A stretch of 20,000 bases of DNA from an uncultured virus (IMG/VR IMGVR_UViG_3300037483_000303). Taxonomy: Duplodnaviria; Heunggongvirae; Uroviricota; Caudoviricetes. A program made the translations under genes and the position numbers. Location: IMG/VR virus record IMGVR_UViG_3300037483_000303, one strand, 5' to 3'. Under the pieces are notes generated by a model that was not told the DNA's origin, ran no database searches, and was given only the letters and a program-made list of their open reading frames with translations. Below, one piece after another: positions 16,355 to 20,000 of the stretch (position 1 is its first letter; each line of letters opens with the position of its first letter).

Positions 16355-17447
16355 AAAACTCCCTCACCTTCTCGCACACATAACTAACATCCGAATCGGT
16401 CAACCCACAATGAAGTGGTAATAACAGCGTCTCCCTTGCGGCCTTCTCTGCATTAGGTAGGCTGTCGCCGGTCTTGTAGGCCCAATGGAGGGGGTAGTAT
16501 CTAAAGGTTACATAGATGTCATTAGCACGAAGATAGCGGGCCAATTCGTCACGCAGGGGAGTTTGTATCCAGTAGAAGTAAAATGAACTACCCGTAACAT
16601 AATCTGGAAAGTTTAGTACGCCTTCCGGCAACCGGTGAGTATAATCAATCCAGGCGCTAGAGCGATGCTTTATAAATTGAGGTAACTTTTTAAGCTGCTC
16701 CAACCCAACCCCCGCCGCCAGGTCATTCATCACCGACCGCCGCGCCCCTGCTATCTCTACCTCAAATTCCCACCAGCGCGGCTTATCGCTACTCAATCCG
16801 CTTACAGTACCAGTGCCTAAATAAAGCAGTTTACGCGCTCGGTCGGCTAACTCCCTGTCTCGAATGTACATCATCCCACCGTCGCCGGTGCTGATGATTT
16901 TCATCGCGTCAAAGCTCCAAACGCCGATGTCGCCAAACGTGCCAACGGATTGCCCGTTGTAAGTGGATGCGGGAGCGCAGGCGGCATCTTCAATTAGATA
17001 AATATTGCGATTTCCGAGATTATTCAACAATTCAGTAATATCACAAGGTACACCGCCATAGTGATTGAGAATAACAATGGCTGTCCTTCGTGTAATTTTA
17101 TCCCAAATGAATTGAGCATTAGTATTAAGCGTCCTGCTATCCACATCACAAAACACTGGTCTTGCCCCCGAGCTCAGTACAGCCTGCGCCGCGCCGACAA
17201 AATGAATCGTCGGGATTATCACTTCGTCACCAGGGCCGAGGCCAAGTAATTGGATAGCCGTAAATAGCGCCTCGGTGCAACTATTGACGCTTACCACTTG
17301 CTCAGGTGATGCGTGGATGTGTTTGGCCCAAGCCGCTTCAAATTCATCGACCTTTGGGCCTTTGCCGGGCCAATTGGCGTTAAAGGAATCGGCAATAGCT
17401 AGAAGCTCATCTTCGCCCAGAGTTGGTGAGAATACCTGAACAGTCAT
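16347..17447 (-). CDS. DegT/DnrJ/EryC1/StrS-family PLP-dependent NDP-sugar aminotransferase, 366 aa
   Basis: NSCTEAL, GDEVIIP, PVFCDVD, IEDAACA, WSFDAMKIISTGDGG (PLP Lys) and LLLPLH. Confidence 0.95.
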   Translation of the reverse strand: MTVQVFSPTLGEDELLAIADSFNANWPGKGPKVDEFEAAWAKHIHASPEQVVSVNSCTEALFTAIQLLGLGPGDEVIIPTIHFVGAAQAVLSSGARPVFCDVDSRTLNTNAQFIWDKITRRTAIVILNHYGGVPCDITELLNNLGNRNIYLIEDAACAPASTYNGQSVGTFGDIGVWSFDAMKIISTGDGGMMYIRDRELADRARKLLYLGTGTVSGLSSDKPRWWEFEVEIAGARRSVMNDLAAGVGLEQLKKLPQFIKHRSSAWIDYTHRLPEGVLNFPDYVTGSSFYFYWIQTPLRDELARYLRANDIYVTFRYYPLHWAYKTGDSLPNAEKAARETLLLPLHCGLTDSDVSYVCEKVREFYG

Positions 17448-17641
17448 TTGAATTTTATGGCTACAAAGTAATGATACTTCTCGAACTCAGTTCGTGAGTT
17501 GAACCAGGTGCGCGGTTCAACTTCTATCGTATCTACCCAGGCATCCAAATCGTTTCCTAATTGCCTGATAATTTCTTCTATCTTTCGCTGAGCTTCAAGT
17601 CGCATCTTATCAACTTCATTAATCGTCAGGTCACCTTTCAC
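17444..17641 (-). CDS. Hypothetical protein, 65 aa
   Basis: GTG start with AAGGAG SD. ATGA overlap with the aminotransferase. Confidence 0.7.
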   Translation of the reverse strand: MKGDLTINEVDKMRLEAQRKIEEIIRQLGNDLDAWVDTIEVEPRTWFNSRTEFEKYHYFVAIKFK

Positions 17642-17660
17642 TCAATCTCCTTTAACACAT

Positions 17661-17798
17661 TCAAATTGCCTCTCGTTGTCTAGCATGGCAATGGTGACAA
17701 TATCTATACTTGCGTTTGTTATCGCCAACCGGACTCCACGTACTCCAATTATGTACTTTGAATTTACATCGCAATGGCCTGACTATTATCCAACTCAT
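17661..17798 (-). CDS. 45-aa Cys/His mini zinc-finger-like phage protein (DUF1660-like; below the ORF track cutoff)
   Basis: MSWIIVRPLRCKFKVHNWSTWSPVGDNKRKYRYCHHCHARQREAI*, with a C-x4-H-x-W...R-x-C-x2-C pattern. It fills the otherwise empty gap. Confidence 0.55.
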   Translation of the reverse strand: MSWIIVRPLRCKFKVHNWSTWSPVGDNKRKYRYCHHCHARQREAI

Positions 17799-18627
17799 TA
17801 AGCACGTTCAAATATAGCCAATCCTCAGTAACGGCATAATCCCGCATCCTTGCCAGGTTGACATATATGTTCTTGATCCTATCTGCCCATAGGCTGCTAT
17901 CTAACCCACTCAATATCTTTTGCAGCCGATCAACCGTATCAAATTGCAAGATACCGCCAGGATAGAAATATTTGTGAATATTCGGCGCACCCCAAAATAT
18001 CGGTATGGTGCCTACAGCAAAGCAATCAAGTAGCCATTCGGTGAATAGGTTATCCTCCCGGCACGTTTCGGTCACAATCGAAAAGCAGTAGTCACTCAGT
18101 ACCTTGAGCTTGGTATCCTGTCCGTAACTAACCGGCTCGCCACGAACGCCATAGAAGTCTACATTAAGGCCGTTCTCCTGTACCATCTCGGCTATTTCGT
18201 GTCTGATGCGGTGGCCATCGGTCGCCATCTTGTCGCCAATGAGCATTGAGCAGAGCTTAGATTTAGGCTTGATGCCCCAGTCACGGCGATCAAGCCACGT
18301 TCCGCCGTAAATAGCTAACCGGCACTTGTCAGGGTACTTATCCAGGAAGGGCTGATGATAAGTCAAGATTAAATCAAACTTGCCAAAATTGACCTCTGCT
18401 CGTTCATAGGTTGGCACGTGCAAACAATACGGCTCGTGCAGCCAGCCGACCTTGTAACGGCTTTCAGCATCATCAGCTACAGGATTGTTGATCCATTCGT
18501 CGGTGAATAATGTCACGCCGTCAAAGGCCATTTGGTTGCGTATATATTGGATATATCGGGAGGCTTGGTAAGCAGTAGAGCAGGGCGAATGGCTGAAACT
18601 TGAGTCGAAGAGGTTAACGGTTAGCAC
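17764..18627 (-). CDS. GT10 (fucosyltransferase-like) glycosyltransferase, divergent, 287 aa
   Basis: YCFSIVTETCREDNLFTEWLLDCFAVGTIPIFWGAPNI matches the GT10 C-terminal motif (Y.F.I..EN....Y.TEK..D.F..G.IPIY.G). Confidence 0.78.
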   Translation of the reverse strand: MLTVNLFDSSFSHSPCSTAYQASRYIQYIRNQMAFDGVTLFTDEWINNPVADDAESRYKVGWLHEPYCLHVPTYERAEVNFGKFDLILTYHQPFLDKYPDKCRLAIYGGTWLDRRDWGIKPKSKLCSMLIGDKMATDGHRIRHEIAEMVQENGLNVDFYGVRGEPVSYGQDTKLKVLSDYCFSIVTETCREDNLFTEWLLDCFAVGTIPIFWGAPNIHKYFYPGGILQFDTVDRLQKILSGLDSSLWADRIKNIYVNLARMRDYAVTEDWLYLNVLNELDNSQAIAM

Positions 18628-18946
18628 TTACTAAATCCATAGCTTTCTTAATGCAACTTGGGCATATTTGGGCAGTATTGCTTTCATAGTCTGGTTCTTC
18701 TCCTAAGATGATAACAACATCGGAATCTAGTCCACACTCATGGCATTTATTTTCAATCCAACTGATACTACCGACTGCCTCTAAAACATCTTGTTCACTC
18801 TTGGCGTCAAGTAACTTTCTATAAGCCTGTTCAGCGGTAAGACCAGACCTGAATCTAGTATGACCGCTCCACCCGTTATCATAATATTGATGCCTGAATC
18901 TCTTGGATACGTTAGTTACTAGAGATTGCTTTGTCACTATTTCCAT
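18614..18946 (-). CDS. Hypothetical protein with CxxC...CxxC zinc ribbon, ~110 aa
   Basis: CHEC and CPSC motifs. Likely start ATG 18946 (MEIVTK). Confidence 0.65.
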   Translation of the reverse strand: MEIVTKQSLVTNVSKRFRHQYYDNGWSGHTRFRSGLTAEQAYRKLLDAKSEQDVLEAVGSISWIENKCHECGLDSDVVIILGEEPDYESNTAQICPSCIKKAMDLVSANR

Positions 18947-19193
18947 TCTTAAGCCGCTTTCTCTTCTTGCCTTTTTCAATCTGCCTATCCAGCGCGTGAT
19001 AAGTCGCCGCAAACATCCCAAGCATTGTCTCTTTATTCGTGTCAGGTAGCTTATAAACACCCATAACGAAGCGATATAGGAACGGATTCAGGATAGCTAT
19101 GTCCCGGTAGAATTTATCAATATCCTGTTGGGCTTCGAGCGCGACTTCTTTTATTGTATCCTCAGTTACAGTTGGGAGGTTAGGCTTTTTCAT
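18912..19193 (-). CDS. Hypothetical protein, ~93 aa
   Basis: ATG 19193 lies 1 nt after the upstream stop. Plausible helical composition. Confidence 0.6.
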   Translation of the reverse strand: MKKPNLPTVTEDTIKEVALEAQQDIDKFYRDIAILNPFLYRFVMGVYKLPDTNKETMLGMFAATYHALDRQIEKGKKRKRLKNGNSDKAISSN

Positions 19194-19194
19194 T

Positions 19195-19983
19195 TTACCA
19201 ACCAATTGAATAAAAATTCCATTTGTCAGGTAGGTGGCTTATCTCAGTATGCCGCCACTGAACCTTATCATTTTGTCGCCACTTGGACGGTAACTCTTTT
19301 TGGAACCACTCAGCATTGTCCCATTTTTCCCACCGTCCCGAATATAAGAAAAGGTACGAATCGACAACACTGGGTAAATATCTCATCCGCAAACTTGGTT
19401 CAACTTCACTAAGCGAATAAAGCGCCATAAATAAGTCAACGTCTTTTGGCTTCCGTTTTGGATTCCATTCCGTATTATCCAGCATCCCAAACTGGCTAAG
19501 GTAATACTCTTGCAATAGACTAAATTCCGGCAAGTCGTAAATTATATACTTGCCAGAAAATCCCATCCGCTTGCACAGCAGCGCCATAGCACCATATCCA
19601 CCGCCAAACTCTACAATGGTATCAAGTGCCTCGATTCGCTTACCTGTTGCGTTCTCCCATTGGGTTAAATGATAAGCCTGGTGGATCAGGTTCATTGAAT
19701 AGCGGGTATTCGCTGAGTAATCATCCGGGCCAAAGTGAGGTACTTGGATAGCATATTGCCATCGGCTTAAGTCAAGCTGGCTGAGTTCGTAGTCCATTTG
19801 AAAGGGCCAGTGAGCTACTAGCATCGTGTGATATACAGCGGGACATTGCCAAAACTCAGCAGGGTTGTTAGCCAGAATCCAATCGTATAAGACTGGACGC
19901 CAGGCCTCCCAATATGGCGGCTTTAGCGTTGTCTCTGGTCTGGGCAGGGCGGCCATTGCCTGTCGAAATTGGTTAGCATTCAT
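19195..19983 (-). CDS. Putative sugar O-methyltransferase (NanM/TIGR04371-like), 262 aa, paralog of 14401-15147
   Basis: IVEFGGGYG, IYDLPEF..LQEYYL and YSLSE. Shares NLIHQxYHLxQW with the paralog. Confidence 0.78.
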   Translation of the reverse strand: MNANQFRQAMAALPRPETTLKPPYWEAWRPVLYDWILANNPAEFWQCPAVYHTMLVAHWPFQMDYELSQLDLSRWQYAIQVPHFGPDDYSANTRYSMNLIHQAYHLTQWENATGKRIEALDTIVEFGGGYGAMALLCKRMGFSGKYIIYDLPEFSLLQEYYLSQFGMLDNTEWNPKRKPKDVDLFMALYSLSEVEPSLRMRYLPSVVDSYLFLYSGRWEKWDNAEWFQKELPSKWRQNDKVQWRHTEISHLPDKWNFYSIGW

Positions 19984-20000
19984 TAAATTTACCCACTATC

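Larger units (their letters stand above)
1..20000 (-). mobile_element. Segment of a tailed phage/prophage (siphovirus-like morphogenesis region)
   Basis: Tape measure, gp10-like, chaperone pair, tube and adaptor genes, tightly packed and co-oriented. No host housekeeping genes or att sites are visible. Confidence 0.9.

Noticed and set aside
72..19412. Plus-strand ORFs in the track other than 2778-3185, and short nested minus-strand ORFs (4238-4552, 8207-8407, 9071-9286, 12661-12852)
   Set aside because: They are antisense or alternate-frame shadows of well-supported genes and have no recognisable motifs.
1..20000. CRISPR array, tRNA/rRNA, integrase, att sites, DGR repeats or a tail sheath
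   Set aside because: None seen by eye. The window is almost fully coding and has no long nucleotide-level repeats that I could detect.

Overview
This window is part of the morphogenesis region of a tailed dsDNA phage or prophage, almost all on the minus strand. It is siphovirus-like: there is a 925-aa tape measure and no sheath gene in view. In transcription order (20000 to 1) it starts with a ~8.5-kb sugar-modification cluster: two paralogous NanM/TIGR04371-like sugar methyltransferases, a divergent GT10-like glycosyltransferase, a DegT-family NDP-sugar aminotransferase, a Methyltransf_24-type methyltransferase and a 968-aa GT4-GT2-GT2 fusion with a C-terminal CNCGG domain. Small hypothetical ORFs are interleaved among these genes. 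An intrinsic terminator follows. Next come a DUF1360-like membrane protein, an oversized putative head-tail adaptor, a putative tail tube protein fused to an Asp-box beta-propeller, and a tail chaperone pair with a candidate +1 frameshift. After these are an HK97 gp10-like protein, the tape measure, a Dit-like protein, an inserted opposite-strand moron, a TadE-like pseudopilin and a large tail protein that runs off the window and is missing from the ORF track. The best candidate for an undescribed system is a phage-encoded virion glycosylation pathway that builds methylated amino-sugar glycans. All family calls come from motif recognition and synteny, not from database searches.
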